A stretch of DNA of 64,000 bases from Callorhinchus milii (GCF_018977255.1 NW_024704742.1:57290001-57354000); one strand, 5' to 3'; counted from the stretch's first letter, positions 45,730 through 59,934 are shown. A program made the numbers and translations. The notes: generated from the letters alone by a model not told the origin.

Positions 45730-47576
45730 ATTAACATCTGGAATGGTTGATACAATGTTACATTGAAGTGTAGTGATATGAAAGCAACTACGGCAACACA
45801 TCTATGGCAGTAACCTGACAAATGGCAACAAGATGAATGAACCATTTATTCCTTTTTTGGTGAACCATACTTGTATTTGGTTAAAGGAAGAGGCTAACCT
45901 TTCAAATGTTCTGATCATATTAGGATTGATAATTGCTACTTTATTGCAATTAAGATCAATACTTAATAGTATTACAGTAGTTAAAATGGCCTCCTTTGTA
46001 ATTTTGATAGAAATGGACACTCTTGGAAGTTCAACCATTCTTTGTGTAATTCTTCATATCCACTTAATTGCTATTAAAATGAATGGATATGATCGGAATT
46101 GAGTGAAAGTTCTTGTGCTATGTGCAGCAACAGCAGCAACATAAACAAATGTCAACATCCTTTAGTCACTAAGTAAAATACGCCAATAAAATGTTTGGAA
46201 AATGGTGAAAGTATATTTAAAATTAATGAAATACCGTAGTCAAGATCAATTCTGAAGTAGTCAAAAGGTAAAGCATTTGTTAAAGGATTCTTTTATCCAT
46301 GCTTTTGTTAACCTCCAAATGATTTTACAATAAATATTGGAATCCTGTCAAAAACTCATTAAATATTACCAAACCAGAATTACTGAATGTCAAACTTGTT
46401 CTTTCAAGAAACACAAAGCAAACCTGTAGCAGCAGGACAAAACAAGCACATTGCTAAGACTGTAATAGAGAAGCAGTCTCATTTGGGAAAAAAACTTTTG
46501 AAATCTAGGAAGTTCCTGCAATAAATTCCGATTCTCCATCACTGACACTGATGAGTAGAAACGTTAAAAGTATAATAAACTCTTTGGATGAGCAACTAAC
46601 TGCTGAGCAAAATCTGCAATTGCTTAACAAACAATCAGTTCCCGTACCACTATATTAAACGGACTGTGACAAATAGCAAAGAACACGCATAAAAGAGAAT
46701 TTTCAGTAGGAAAACATCGCTAGAATTAATGACACTTTACAGTGTGTATTTTGCATTGATTCAGTAGTGTTGAGAGGTTCCAAGAGAAGTATGCATTTCA
46801 CATAGAACTGCCCAGCAAGTTGCACGTGTAGCAGCCAAATGAAGCATAATACGCAGGGGCCAGAGCTCAATAAGGCTCAGATATCCAGCACCCATACAAG
46901 GGGAGTGGTTGCACAAGGCTGGAGATATTGGGCTACCAGCATTTTAACTGGCACACTTGTGTCCAGTTTTCATTTTCCAGCACCTTGGGACGTACTGCCG
47001 ATGTGAAAAGTGTAATATAAATAAATTTTTGGTTGCTGTTTGTTATTGTTATAGTAGGAAGGGCAGAAAAACTTAATTGCTATTAAGGAATTTGTAAATT
47101 AAAAAAAGTACAATTTTCCTGTAACAAACAATACAGTGAAATGTATTGTGGCTTTGAAGTATACCAAATGGAGCTGTTAAAGAAATAGGAATTATAAACA
47201 TTCTCCAAAATGTGACAAAAGAAAAATATGCTAAGGGAAATAATGTTGGCCTTAAGGAAATTTTTTAGATAACTAACCAAAAACAACATATTTTGAGTGC
47301 AGGTGTTCTATGAAGACCTTTCTTTTCGACCGGGCCTTCGGTCACCTTCCATCCCCTCCCCCTGGCTTGGTCCCGGGATCCTAAACTGTAAAGCGCTCTG
47401 AGACCCCATCCCATGTAGAGGGCGCTATATAAATCCAAGTTGTTGTTGTTGAAGCCTTTTTTTTGGTCAGCTGGGTGTCTGACACGTGTGGAAACCCATC
47501 ACCATGCCTACAACTATCCAAACCAAACTAAGAGTTCCATGCATGGAAGCCGCACTCTCCCTGGAGGGGCACATTC

Positions 47577-47840
47577 CTCAGGAGAGCCTTCAGCCACTCT
47601 GCCCCCAAACTCTGGGATTCCATCTCCAATCACTCCGCCTCGCCCCCTCCTTAGCCTCCTTCAAATCCTACCTCAAGACCCTCCTCTTCGACCATGCCAT
47701 CGGCCACCACCCTTCCCCTCCCCTCCCTTCTCCCCCCCGACCCCAGCTCAGATCTGAAATGCTGTACACTGTCCAGCACCTTGGGTCGTCCTCCCGACAT
47801 GAAAGGTGCTATACAAATGTAATCTTCTTGTTGTTGTTGT
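47577..47840 (+). mobile_element. L2 3' end
   Basis: LASFKSYLKTLLF and the L2 tail ending in (TTG)n. Confidence 0.8.
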
Positions 47841-47890
47841 TTACCTAATTCTGGAAAGTATCAGGCATAGATTGGCAAGAGCCAAGGCTT

Positions 47891-50026
47891 GCCTCTCCAC
47901 ACACTCGACGCCCTTGCCCCCCTCACCTCCCGAAATGCCTCCTATTCCCGATCCTCACCCTGGTTCACCAGCCACCTCCGCTCGCTTAAGGGCCAGGTGC
48001 AGTCTGCCAAACACAATTGGCTCAAATCCGGCCTAACAGTCCACCGCCACATCTGGCTGGACCTCATCAAGACCTACCGCTCTCGCCTCAGCCAAATCAG
48101 CCTTCTATTCCAGGTTAATCCTGGAGGCGAAGGGCAACCCCAGGCTCCTGTTCTCCACTACCAACCGACTCCTCCACCCTCCCCGACATGCCTCGCAGAT
48201 TCTTTCCTCTGACTCTCACTGCGAGAAAATGCTGGACTTCCTCGAATCCAAAATCGAGGGAATCCGCTCAGCTGCCACTGCCCTCCCAACTTCCACCCCC
48301 TCACTACCCCAACCCCACACAATTACCCATCCGATAATTACCCATCCCACCTTCCACACCTTTTAACCTGTCACACCCTCCTCTGTCTTCACCACCATAT
48401 CCTCCATGAAGCCCACCACCTGCTCCCTGGACCCCTCCCTCTCCTTAAATCTCAGCTCCACCTCCTTGCCCCACTACTTGCCGATATTATTAACTCTCCC
48501 TGTCATGTGGCACTGTTCCTTCCCCCTCAAAACAGCCACTATCACCCCACCTTGAAGAAACCTTCCCCTTGACCCATCTCAGGTATTCAGCTACTGGCCT
48601 ATTTCAAATCTCCCCTTCCTATCCAAGGTCCTTGAGAGAGCTGTTGCCTCCCAGCTTCGCTCTTTCCCTCCTCCCACTCCCTCCGTTAACCCCTCCAATC
48701 GGGTTTCTGTGCTGCCCACAGCATGGAAACTGCTCTGGTCAACGTCACAAACGACATCCTGACCATGTGTGACCAGGGCTCCCTCTGCCTCCTCATCCTC
48801 CTCGACCTCTCCACTGCCTTTGACACTGTGGACCACTCAATCTTCCTCCACCACCTCTCCTTCCACCTCAACCCTCAAGGTTCTGTCCTTGACTGGTTCA
48901 GGTCCAACCTTTCACACCACCTTCACTTTGTCGCAGCAAATGGTTTCTCCAGCCCCTGCGTGTGATGTTCCTACAGACTCTGTCCTCGGTCCCCTCCTCT
49001 TCACCCTCTACATGCTCCTCCTTGGTGACATCATTTGCAGACATGGTGCAAATTTCCACATGTATGTGGATGACACCCAACTCTATCTCTCTGCCTCCAT
49101 CCTGAACTCCAGGACTACTGACCTCCTGACCGATTGCCTGTCTGACATCAGGTCCTGGACGAGGGTCGACTTTCTCCAACTCAACATCAGCAAGACCAAG
49201 ACCCTCCTGATTGGCTTGCGCCAGCGCCTCCTCACCTCAGGAGCTGGCAGCATCAGCCTCCACGGCTGCACACTCAACCTCACTAAGCCAGTCAGGAACC
49301 TGGGTGTCTTGTCTGACCCTGAAATGTCCTTTCTCCCCCACATTCGTGTCATGACCGGCACTGCCTACATTGACCGCAACATTGCCAGACTCCGCCACTG
49401 CCTCACCCCTCAGGCTGCTGAAACCCTCACCCACTCATTCGTCACATCAAGCCTCGATTACGGGAACTCCCTCCTCATCGGCCTTCCCAACTCTTCCCTT
49501 CACAATCTGCAGATCTTCCAAAACTCTGCAGCTTGTGTACTCTCATGCACCAGGCTCCATGACCCCATCACTCCCACCCTCGCCCGATTCCACTGGCTCC
49601 CCGTCCCCAGAGGATTGAATTCAAGATCCTCACCCTCACTTTCAAGGCCATCCACATGGCCTTGCTCCCTCCTACCTCTCTGACCTGCTGACTCCCTACC
49701 AACCTGCCCGCTCCCTCCGTTCAGCGGGCTCCAATCTGCTCCATGTCTCCCACCCGACCCGCCTTCCATCAGTGGCCGGGCATTCAGCCTCTCTGCCCCC
49801 ACACTCCAACCCATGGTCGCTTCACCTCGCTTCCTCCCTTGCCTCCTTCAAGGCTGGTCTCAAGACCCTTCTCTTCGATCGTGCCTTTGGTCTCCCTCCC
49901 ACCTCTCTGCCTTCCCTCACCCCTACACCACCCCTCCCCATGCTCGGGCCCCAACACCTGACTGTTCAGTGTTTTGGGACGTCCTCCCGACATGAAAGGC
50001 GCTCTATAAATGTAATTTTGTTGTTG
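47891..50026 (+). mobile_element. 5'-truncated L2-clade LINE (~2.1 kb) with degenerate RT
   Basis: [57 protein letters not shown]; frameshifted; (TTG)n tail. Confidence 0.92.
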
Positions 50027-53000
50027 GGGACCCCAGAGTGTGCATTGGGGTACTGCTGGAGTCCAACCAGCTAAAATTGGTTAGCTTGCCATTGAGAGCA
50101 CACCCTGGCAAGCTTTCCCTGCTAATTGTCCAGCTGGGACCACCCTACCCATTAGGGCTTTAGCTTGCAGTGTTAATGGGAGCTGTGTGTGAAGAATCCC
50201 TGCCTCCAGTGACTGGTCAGCCCTTCCAAATCCTGCCAATGAGCCCAGTCTGGCTGTGCTGTCATCAGCCCTGGAGTAATGCAGACCCGGCTCAGGAACT
50301 GGACTATTGAGATTGCCAAAGAAGGTGGGCTCGATTCTGACATTCTGTGTAGTAGAAGGGAAAGCTAGGGATCAAACTTGCCGCCTAAGCTGTGCATGGG
50401 TTCAGTGAATCTGAGGGAGAGCTCAGTGAGGTTGAGGAATTCAGATCTGCAGAAGAGAAGACGTTGACAAAAGCCAATGAGTATGGCTTCCGTCTTGCCG
50501 ACATTCAGCTGCAGGAAATTTGCGCCTACCCAGGTAACAAACAAACAAGCTGACAGGACATCAGCGGACTGGAAATCGCACCTGGAGGAGGAGAAGTAGA
50601 TTTCAGGAGAGAATGGGTTCCAACCATCATATGCCTTGCAAGAGTTATTTCCTTATTACTGACTTTTTCATAGCCTATTGTTGAAGAAATAAGAAATACT
50701 TCCAATATATAGATTGCTTCCTGTTGAGTTCCTATCACCATAAATTTCTCCCCAATTCACCCACAAGGTGGCACTAAATCTTTACAGGTTACAGATGGAG
50801 GCAACATGTTGAAGAGTTTTGGGACCTGGTGGATGTACTTTCTTCTTCTTCCACCTATCTCAACACCACCCTCCTTCCCCTTCATCATGGAGGGGAGGTG
50901 GTGAGGTAGGTGAAAGTATTGGATGTTGGTTTGAAACTCTGCTTTGGGTTTTACAAATTCGTATATCTGCTGAGAATTTGTTAATTTTATTTTCCGATTA
51001 TAGAAATTCATTCTATAGTTTGTAACACTGACATTTTTAAAAACTATTATTGTTAATAATAATAATACTTGCATTTGATATGTTGCTGTTAAAATGGAGA
51101 CTTGGCTTGCGGCACTGAAAACATAACTCATTTCACACAGGGACAGAGGATAAATTGCTAAAAACTCTTAATTCTTGGGCATAGATGAATTCAAGAAAAC
51201 ACATCTAACAGCAATTTTAGGAAGTGAAACATTTTGCAACAGTACATAAAACGCACCATATTGTGATTGAGGCAAATTGTACCAGCAGTATGATGCCAAG
51301 ATCAACATGTTTCAGTATACTGTTGGTTGCTAGTCTCCTAGGACTGTAATCGCAAGCAATCATGTTGGATACATTACCTGAGCTCTACTTTTCTGTCTAA
51401 GCAAATTTGCCAAATTAAGGGCTAAATTGATAATACCACCAAACCTCTCCAAACAAAAGACAGAGGAGATGGTCACCTCATCAATTGTACTAACCACTTC
51501 TCATGTTAAAAGCAATATATGCCTGAAAAATGTGGTTGAAAAGATAGGTCTTGAAGTAGGCTGTGAAGGCAGAGAGAAAGTGCAAATTGGAGGGCCTCGA
51601 GAATTCAGTTCCGGGGGGCAGAATGGCTGTGAACTGGTGCACCGGTGGTGAGCCTGTTGTGTGGGGGGTGATGTGTGTGTGTGTGTAGGGGGTGATGTGT
51701 GTGTGGGGTGGTGGGAAGAAGATATGAAGCAGGCCAGTATTTGCTGTGCAAAGGGAGTGACTGTTGCAATAGATCACATAGGTAAGGTAAGGTAATGAAG
51801 AGATTTGAATGTTAGGACAAGGAACATGAGTATGAAGCATGGGGAGGCAGATCAGTGAAGCTGAGCAAGGATGGGAGTGATAGACTTGCTGACCATCCTG
51901 TGGGAGAGGACATGGGTTGTAGACTTTGGATGGCTTGTACCTTATGTAAGAAAGAGCTTCAGTGCTGGAAATATAAAAATAGCTACAACAGTTTTTGGTA
52001 ATACTGTATCCATTGCAAGATCTCTCTTGTTGCATGAATATCAAATGTAACTACTGAAGATTTTCATCTGACTTATTTTGCTAACCTATAATATTACATT
52101 GACCAAATTCTATTGATATAAAAGCCAACATTTTTATAGCATTTTAATGTTAAATAGTAAATAGAATAGTAAAACACAGATTACATTATGGGATATAGTT
52201 CATAGATAGTTCGGGAGTTCGGAACATATGTGCATGCGACTGCCCGGAAGGTGAACTATATGGGTCTGTTTTCATCTAGCATTTATTATGTTCTTATGTT
52301 CATTTGTGTTGTTACAAAATAGTTTGGATGTTGTAAAAACAAGTGCGAGCACTTTTCTTGCATTTGAACCTAAAAAAAATTTGTAAATTGATAACATCAG
52401 TCTCACAGTTTGTTTTGGGTAAAAAAAATGCAGTGCACTATAAAACTTACAGTATGATTACATTCCTGCTCCCCCCTGGTGCCTTTAGATCAGATAAGGC
52501 CAAGAATATTTTTGAAACTTCAAAAAAACACATCTGCAATGAAGATTACCAATGTATGAAATTAAATTCCTTAATTTAAATGTTTCCTCCATCTTATCAC
52601 CACAATGTAGTAAATAAAGCATATGGTTTTCAAATATTTTAAGAATGGAAGGGTTATTGTAAATGCATTTTCTTCCTTTTGAATTGAAAGTGAATTTGGA
52701 GGTTGAAAGAATGTACACTGAGCTCATGTCTTGCATTAACCATCACAAATGTTAGTTATTTGCTGTTAGAGAATTTAATGGAAATATGATCAATCAAGCC
52801 AACTTGAATTGTCATGAATTTTTAGGAAGCACTGATTTTGAAATGTGCTGCAGAATGGATGGATTTGTAGGTATGGGTGAAGACCTTGAAATCCATTTGC
52901 TGGGAGGCAGGGAGATAGTGGAGACAGGTGAGGACTGGGGTGATCATTATCCCCATTCTCACTAACCTCCACTTATTTCTGTGGCCCTCAATTCATTAAC

Positions 53001-53997
53001 TTTAATATTCTTGCCCTTATCCTCAATCTAGGTTTGTGCTGATTTAGCTAATGTTAGCTTGGGTGGAAGTAAGGGTCCTACAGTTAGTCTCTGTGTTCCT
53101 GAGCTAGTAAGAGGAACAATCAATCAGGGTTCCTGCTTCTAATCACAAACCAAAGATACCTGATGAAAAATTTAGATTTTGTTGGTGTTGAACAGCTGCA
53201 GAAACGCCTTGATGTGCTTAAGAGTTTTCAGTTCCAGGTGCCAATAATTCACAGAATCAGAGATTTAGTTTGCAATTCAACAATTTCTTGCATTTATATG
53301 GCATCCTTCATGTAGAATAACATCTCACAGTGTTTCACAAGGACAGGTTTGGACACTGAATGGGAAAGAGGGAAGGGTTAGTGACCATAAGCAGAGTCAA
53401 AGAGGAAGGTTTTTCGAACAGATGTGAAGATGGATAGGGAGCAAGAGGGAGTGAGAGTTAGAAGGAGGGCGTTCCACAGGTTAGGGACATAGTAGTTGAA
53501 AGCTCAGCCACAGTGGGGACTGGTGGGGACAGTAGGCCCATGTTAGCTATGTGAAGGGGGAAACAAAAGGGTCTAACTTTATTTAAAACAAGCTGAATAT
53601 TTATTATTAACTTTGCAATGTTGCAGCTATTCATTAACTTCTGAGTAAAGAACCATTTCTTGGTATTGGTCCTCAAATTGTCATTTGCAACTCTAAACAT
53701 GTCCCTACTTGATCTGCTGTCTCAGTGCATTCTAAAATATTGTTCTGGGTTTACTGTCTCACTCCCATTTAAAATATCATATATCTCCATAAAATGCTAT
53801 CTGAGTTGTCTTCATTCAAGACCAAAGAGCCCTATCTTGTCTAATTGTTGCCCACAGTTCATTCCTCCAATAATGGGGATAGTAGGCCCATGTTATCAAT
53901 GTGAAGGGGAAACAAAAGGCTCTAACTTTATTTAAAATAAGCTGAATATTTATTACTAACTTTGCAACGTTGCAGTTGTTCATTACCTTCTGAGTAA

Positions 53998-54300
53998 AGT
54001 CCTGTAGCTCAGTGGTTAGAGCACTTGCCCTGCAAGCAAGAGAATTGGGTTCGATTCCCAGCAGGGCGAAACCTTGGGCAAGTTTCCTTACTCCACACGC
54101 CTGATAATAATCCTTCAAGAAAACAAAATAATAAATTGGTCATTTCAATCCATGACTGTTTGTGGGACACTGCTGTGCGCAATTGACTGCCATGTTTTGC
54201 CCACAAATATACAGTCAACTTTACAGTATATTCTGTGAAGCGCTTTGAGACATCTAGAAGACATGAAAAGCGCAATATCAAATGCAAGGATTATTATTGT
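53998..54300 (+). mobile_element. Young SINE, short subtype
   Basis: Same modules as 33785-34101. Confidence 0.85.
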
Positions 54301-56189
54301 TACTAGAGATTATCCTTGTTGCTCTTCACATTGCCTGGGCAGGCTTCTTGAATAGTAAGAGATTGGATGTCATTAAGATACAGTGCTTGTTGCTGGCAGC
54401 AATAACTCTTTGAGATAAGCTTTGGAATCAATTCTATTGCCCAGCTTTCCCCATTCATTACACGCAAATGCAGAAAAAAATTCTGCACATTTTTCAAAAA
54501 TACATCCGTGGGACAAAAGGATATGGCAAAGTACAGAATTTGAGCATTTAAATGTGATTCTGTTTTTCATTCCTTGCATTTGCAGACAGGACTTTTTTAA
54601 GTTTCGTTTTCTTTCAGATCAGTGCAGGTCACAGTACTTTTTTTGACATAGTCTACATATTTACTTTTTGAACATTATTGTGTGAGATTAAGTGATAAGG
54701 TATTTCGGTTAGTTATACAACCTTTTGTGGCTGTGAGGAACAGGATATGCAGACACGAAGTTTGTGCAGTAGCAGGACTTTGAAGCAAAGTTACTCAAAG
54801 TGAAACATTCTCACTCATCAAATGACTAACCATTAGGCCACAGCATCTGCCCCGGATCATATCTAACCTTTAAAAGCTGCAGGGCTTACAGCACACAATA
54901 AAACTTAGAGGTCAAAATCTTTATGAAATCTCAACCAATTTTAAATGGAATTGTGTCATGATGTTGCTATACTCTAGGTTTTCTACTTTTTCACATCTTC
55001 AGTCTTCAGTGGGTAGAGCAAATTAACAATGAAGCAAATCCCAATTTTACATCTCATCTAAAGGACACCTTGAATAATACAACCCCCACCCCCCCTCCCT
55101 CACTGTATTGGAGTATCAGTCTAGATCGTGAGCTCAAAGTTCTGATGTGGTATTTAAACCCACAGCCTTATGGCTCAGGACCAGAAGTGCTACCAACTGA
55201 GTTTGAGATTAAATCATTCCTCTGCTAAACCAAGAACAGCAACAAAATATATTGTCTGAGTGAAGAACTCTCCTCTGGCCTATCTGCTTCCTTACCGCAG
55301 CCCCAGACAACACTACCATTAAAATCCTGCAAAGCAACACAAAAAAAAGCACTCAGATAAGGGCCGTCAGAGAGGTAGCTAAGGGGAGATCAGCTGGTGC
55401 TTCACAGAACATTACTGAAATGAGAAGCACAGTTGGCAAGTTGTGCAGATCAAAGAAAAAGCACTTACTCAGGCCACAGCCTAATAGTGCCCAGGAACGT
55501 GAATGGGTTTTAATGAGTCAGAAGTCAAGAGCCATTGAGGCTTTTGATGCATTCAACAACAACAACAAAATTACATTTATAGAGCGCCTTTCACGTCGGG
55601 AGAACATCCCAACTGTGTTTAATATGCAGTTAATGGGCTTCATGCTGGATGTTAGAGAGCAGACCCAAAGCATGCAACTCATGCTAGAGCAGTTGAATAT
55701 CTGGTTAGAGAAATATCATTTCTCTGGAATTTCTGCATCTCTCTTGATTCCAAACATGGAAGCTGATGGATTTGTCCCAAGAAGTGGTCCGAGAGGTGAC
55801 AAAGGCTTTGAATCAACCTATGGAGAATATTGTCATGGTCATGACGTCCAATTTGGCAGAGCCCATATAACAATCCTTGCACTTGATATAGCGCCTTATC
55901 ACATCTTCGATACATCTCACATGTGCATTGTGAAGTTCCTTTGCCAAGGCATATTATTTCTCACTGTGTGGAACAGTGTGGAACAGTGAGAGGTACATGT
56001 GAATTAAATGGATGGAATTGTCGATCACAACTGAAATGTCGCCAGATTCAGGTGCACACGTTTGGCCGCTACATTTGCCCACAAATACACAGTCACTAAA
56101 CTTCAGGGTAAAATTCTGTGAGGTGCTGTGAGACATTTTGACGCCACAATAAGATTCTATATCAAACGCTAGAAATATAAAATGGGGGA

Positions 56190-56600
56190 GGTATTAAGTG
56201 AGGAGCCTCGGGGGTCTCTACTGCGAACCCTCCTGCTCCTTGCATACATTCAATCATCTGGATTTGCACTCAGTGAAAGGAGGTAAATTTGCAGACGATA
56301 CCAAGTCGGAAGGAACTGTGGAAGTAGAAGGGGAAACAAAGTCTTACAGAGAGAGTTTGATAAGGTACAAGTTAGAGTGCTTCAGCATTGAAAGGAAATG
56401 TCTCAGAGGGTACCTTATAGAGGTATAAAAGATTTTAAATGGGATTGGGAAAATAGACCCTGAAAAATACTTTCAAATGTGATAGAATAGCAGGGCACAG
56501 ATTCAGGGGTTCAAATATAGTTTCAGAACAGACACCAGGATTTTATCTTTAACGATTGGAACAGGTTGTTAAAAAGGGAGGTGGAGTACTTAATGCAAAC
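56190..56600 (+). mobile_element. Highly degenerate CR1-type LINE fragment
   Basis: KFADDTK and LRGYLIEVYK-like peptides. Confidence 0.55.
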
Positions 56601-57164
56601 AGAGGAAAAGGTCATTTTTGTTTTAGACTAAAATGGTTGATGAATAAACGGGAAATATACAGAAAAAAAAGGAAAATTTTATGAGGTTATCAATATGATA
56701 TCAATATGAAATTTCTATGAGGTTATCAATGTTTATTAATAGAATTACACTGCAGAATACACCCGAATAATAAATGATGAATGGTATATTCGTATGGTAA
56801 TAAATATCCTTAACATTTAATTTCATATAATTGTTAATTGAATAAAATGAATTTACAATTCTATACTGCCACATCGAAATACCTCAAAGTACTGTGTGGT
56901 GATATTTATCAGCTAGAGTGACTGTTTTATAGGCATAACCAGCAAGGTTCCACAAATAGCCATGCGGTGAATGGCCAAATTATCTGCAGGATTGTTGTCT
57001 CGGAAACCAGGAGGACTTTCCTTTTACAAATGTTTCAAATAATGACATGGGATCTTCAACATCCACCAGAAAAATAGGCAAAAGTTGGCTTAACATCTGC
57101 TCAAATGAATGTCACCTCTGACAATGAAGCACTGCACTGAAATGTCAGCGTAATAATAATATAA

Positions 57165-57578
57165 TATATAATAATAATCCTTGCATTTAATATAGCGCTT
57201 TTCACGTTCTCTCGACGTCTCATAGCTCTTCACAAAATAGACTGTAAAGTGAATTGACCATATATTTGTGGGCAAAATAATAATAATCCTTGCATTTGAT
57301 ATAGCGCTTTTCACGTCTTCCAGACGTCTCAAAGCATTTCACAGAATATGCTGTAAAGTGAATTAACTGTGTGGGCGAAACGGGGAAGTCAATTGCACAC
57401 AGCAGTGTCCCACAAACAGTTGTGGATTGAAAATGCCCAATTTATTATTGTTTTGTTTTGGAGGGATTATTATTAGGTGTGTGGAATAAGGAAACTTCCC
57501 CAAGGTTTTGCCCTGCCTGGAATTGAACCCAGGTGTCTTGCTTGCAAGGTGAATGCTCTAACCACTGAGCTACAGAAC
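57165..57578 (-). mobile_element. Young SINE, short subtype, with a tandemly repeated 3' tail
   Basis: Full copy at 57277-57578 plus a second tail at ~57165-57276. Confidence 0.8.
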
Positions 57579-58264
57579 TAAACTATAAGCTCAAATCTCA
57601 ATGTGGGTTTCAACCAATTATTTTAGAACTACACATCCCCATCTGTATTTATAAGCCATTACTGCTTTCTCAGACAGCAGGGAATTGTTGAAGCAGACTG
57701 ATAATTTAACAAACTCAAGTAGCAAGTTTCAACAATTTGTACTGATCTTTGCTTTGCTGGATAGCCCCATGTCAGGAACTCGTAAACAGGTGCAAAATGG
57801 CTTATTTTAGCCTAAATTGCCGTGCGTGTTTCTCCATTACATTCCTCAGTGAAAGAATAATAATAATAATACTTGCATTTGATATAATATCACTGTGTTG
57901 GGACATCACAAAGAGTTTCACAGAGTATATTGTAAAGTGAATTAACTGTTTATTTTGTGGCTGAACTCCTTTAAATAGGAAGTTTTCACCATCAGCAGGT
58001 GTCAAAATATTCTTCCAGGAGTAATGCTTGTTGGAAAGAAAAGGAATAAAGTGGATCTTGTGCAGCACGGGGTAGAGGACCTGTGTCATGGAACAAAAAT
58101 AAGCCCGCTAATCATCTTGTCAATATTCTATCCTCCTTGGGAATGGGGAATCATGAGGGAGAAGGGAATAAAAGGGTATGAAAGGGGATGGGTGAGAGTA
58201 TAACACTGGCATGGACTATTTGGGCCGAAAGGCCTGCTTCTGTACATATTATGTAAATTTATAT

Positions 58265-58930
58265 ATGGAGGTAAGTGTGCCATAACCTCTCTACTCAGGC
58301 CGCTGAGTCTCTCATTCACGCATTCAGCACATCCAGCTCGACTATGCTAATTCCCTGCTCGCCGGATTTCCAACTCTAAGACGTGAAAAGCGTTATATCA
58401 AGTTATAAGTTATATTATAACTCTTCCCTCCACAAGCTGCAAGTTATTCAGTACTCTGCAGCTAGTATCCTCTCCTGTACCAAGCTCTGTCAACCAATAT
58501 CCCCATCCTCATCCAGCTCTACTGACTCCCTATCCCTCAGAAGATCAAATTTAAAATCCTTGTCCTCACTTTTAAAGCCCTCCACGGCCTTGCTCCACCT
58601 TACCTCTGCAATCTATAAACACTATATCAACCTGTCTAGAGTTACTGGCCTGTTTCAGGTTCCCCTCCTGCCTGCCCTACCATTGGTGGTTGGGCCTTCA
58701 CCTTTTCTACCGTCATCCCCTGGAACTCCATCCTGGAATCCTTCCATCTCACCGTCTCCGTCGTCTCCTTCAAGGCCCATCTCAAGACTTTCCTCTTTGA
58801 TTGTGTTTTTGGCTACCTTCCCACCCCCTCTTGATTTAACCCCAGGCTCGGGTGCAAACCCTTAACTATCCAGCACCTTAGGACATCCTTCCGACATGAA
58901 AGGCACCAAATAAATATAATTGTGTTGTTG
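58265..58930 (+). mobile_element. L2-clade LINE 3' fragment
   Basis: SRLDYANSLL-like and LHKLQVIQYSAA peptides, followed by the L2 tail. Confidence 0.75.
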
Positions 58931-58934
58931 TGTG

Positions 58935-59490
58935 GTCATCTCAGGGTTCCAAGGTGACTTGCTTGGTAAAAGAACATCAGAATTGAATCATTCACTGTGG
59001 TGGCTTGATAGGCTGTTTAGTGAGACAGGATTGCATTACTTCAAAGCACTGTTAAGGACAGACCAGCTGGCTGTCGGTAGAATTTGTAGAGGCAGATCAG
59101 TCACTGAGGGCATGATTTCTTCCCACTTGGCTCCTCATAAGCCTGCAAGTCCATGTCCTAAGATATATGATGGTCCGAGCTGGACAAGCAGCAAGGAGCT
59201 TGCCGGATAGTGTTCTCAATGGTAAATTATGTAGTTTTAGCTGGTTAAACTTCAGCATGCTCTGGGGTCCCCAAGCTTTGGCTCTTGCCAGCCTGAGGTT
59301 AATACTTTACAGAATTATGTAAGTAAGATGCTTCCCTTCAGAAAGTGAGTATGGACTCCATTCCAGACACAGGAAAATTGGTGGCATGAATATGTAGACC
59401 TCCCGTGCATATGTATAACTCTTAGTCTGGTTTGGATACTTTTAAGTACGCAATGGTGAAGGGTTTGGGTGGGTCCACACCGACTAAATA
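58935..59490 (-). mobile_element. Unclassified ~550-bp interspersed repeat (most complete copy)
   Basis: Homologous segments at ~4420-4600, 10450-10645(-), 17385-17700, 24030-24335(-), and 47461-47890 + 50027-50350. Confidence 0.6.
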
Positions 59491-59934
59491 AGAATTGTCA
59501 GTGTTGCAGATGAAATAACTGTACGTCAGTATTAAAAAAAATAAGTTGCATGTAGGAGAATTAATACTTATTTTCGATATAGCTTCTGAGCACTTCGAAA
59601 CATATTAAAGTGTTTCATACAATCTCAGCTAATGTACTTAGAAATGTGATGATTTGTTGCATAGAAAGATAACAAGTTGGCTTTTTATTCCTAATTGGGT
59701 AATTTTGTAACTAGCTCTCAACCTTTCATATATATGCACAGAGGTAGGGTAGGGAGGGGGGATGAAGGACGTAGAAAAGTTTCTCAATGGGGAAAGAGGA
59801 AGCTTTCTGTGAGGAAACTGTGGCACGTGGCTCGGTATCTGTCCTCGTTTCCCCTCCCACCACAGTGCCAAGGGATCGTCTGGCCTGACTGTGAACCACA
59901 AAATGCTGCCATAACTACCCCTATCTCTGTGCTC

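Noticed and set aside
48769..49683. 304-aa ORF with an RT motif as an active gene
   Set aside because: Part of a 5'-truncated, frameshifted L2 copy.
55420..55989. 189-aa ORF
   Set aside because: Crosses inverted L2 and SINE tails; no recognisable domain or splice context.
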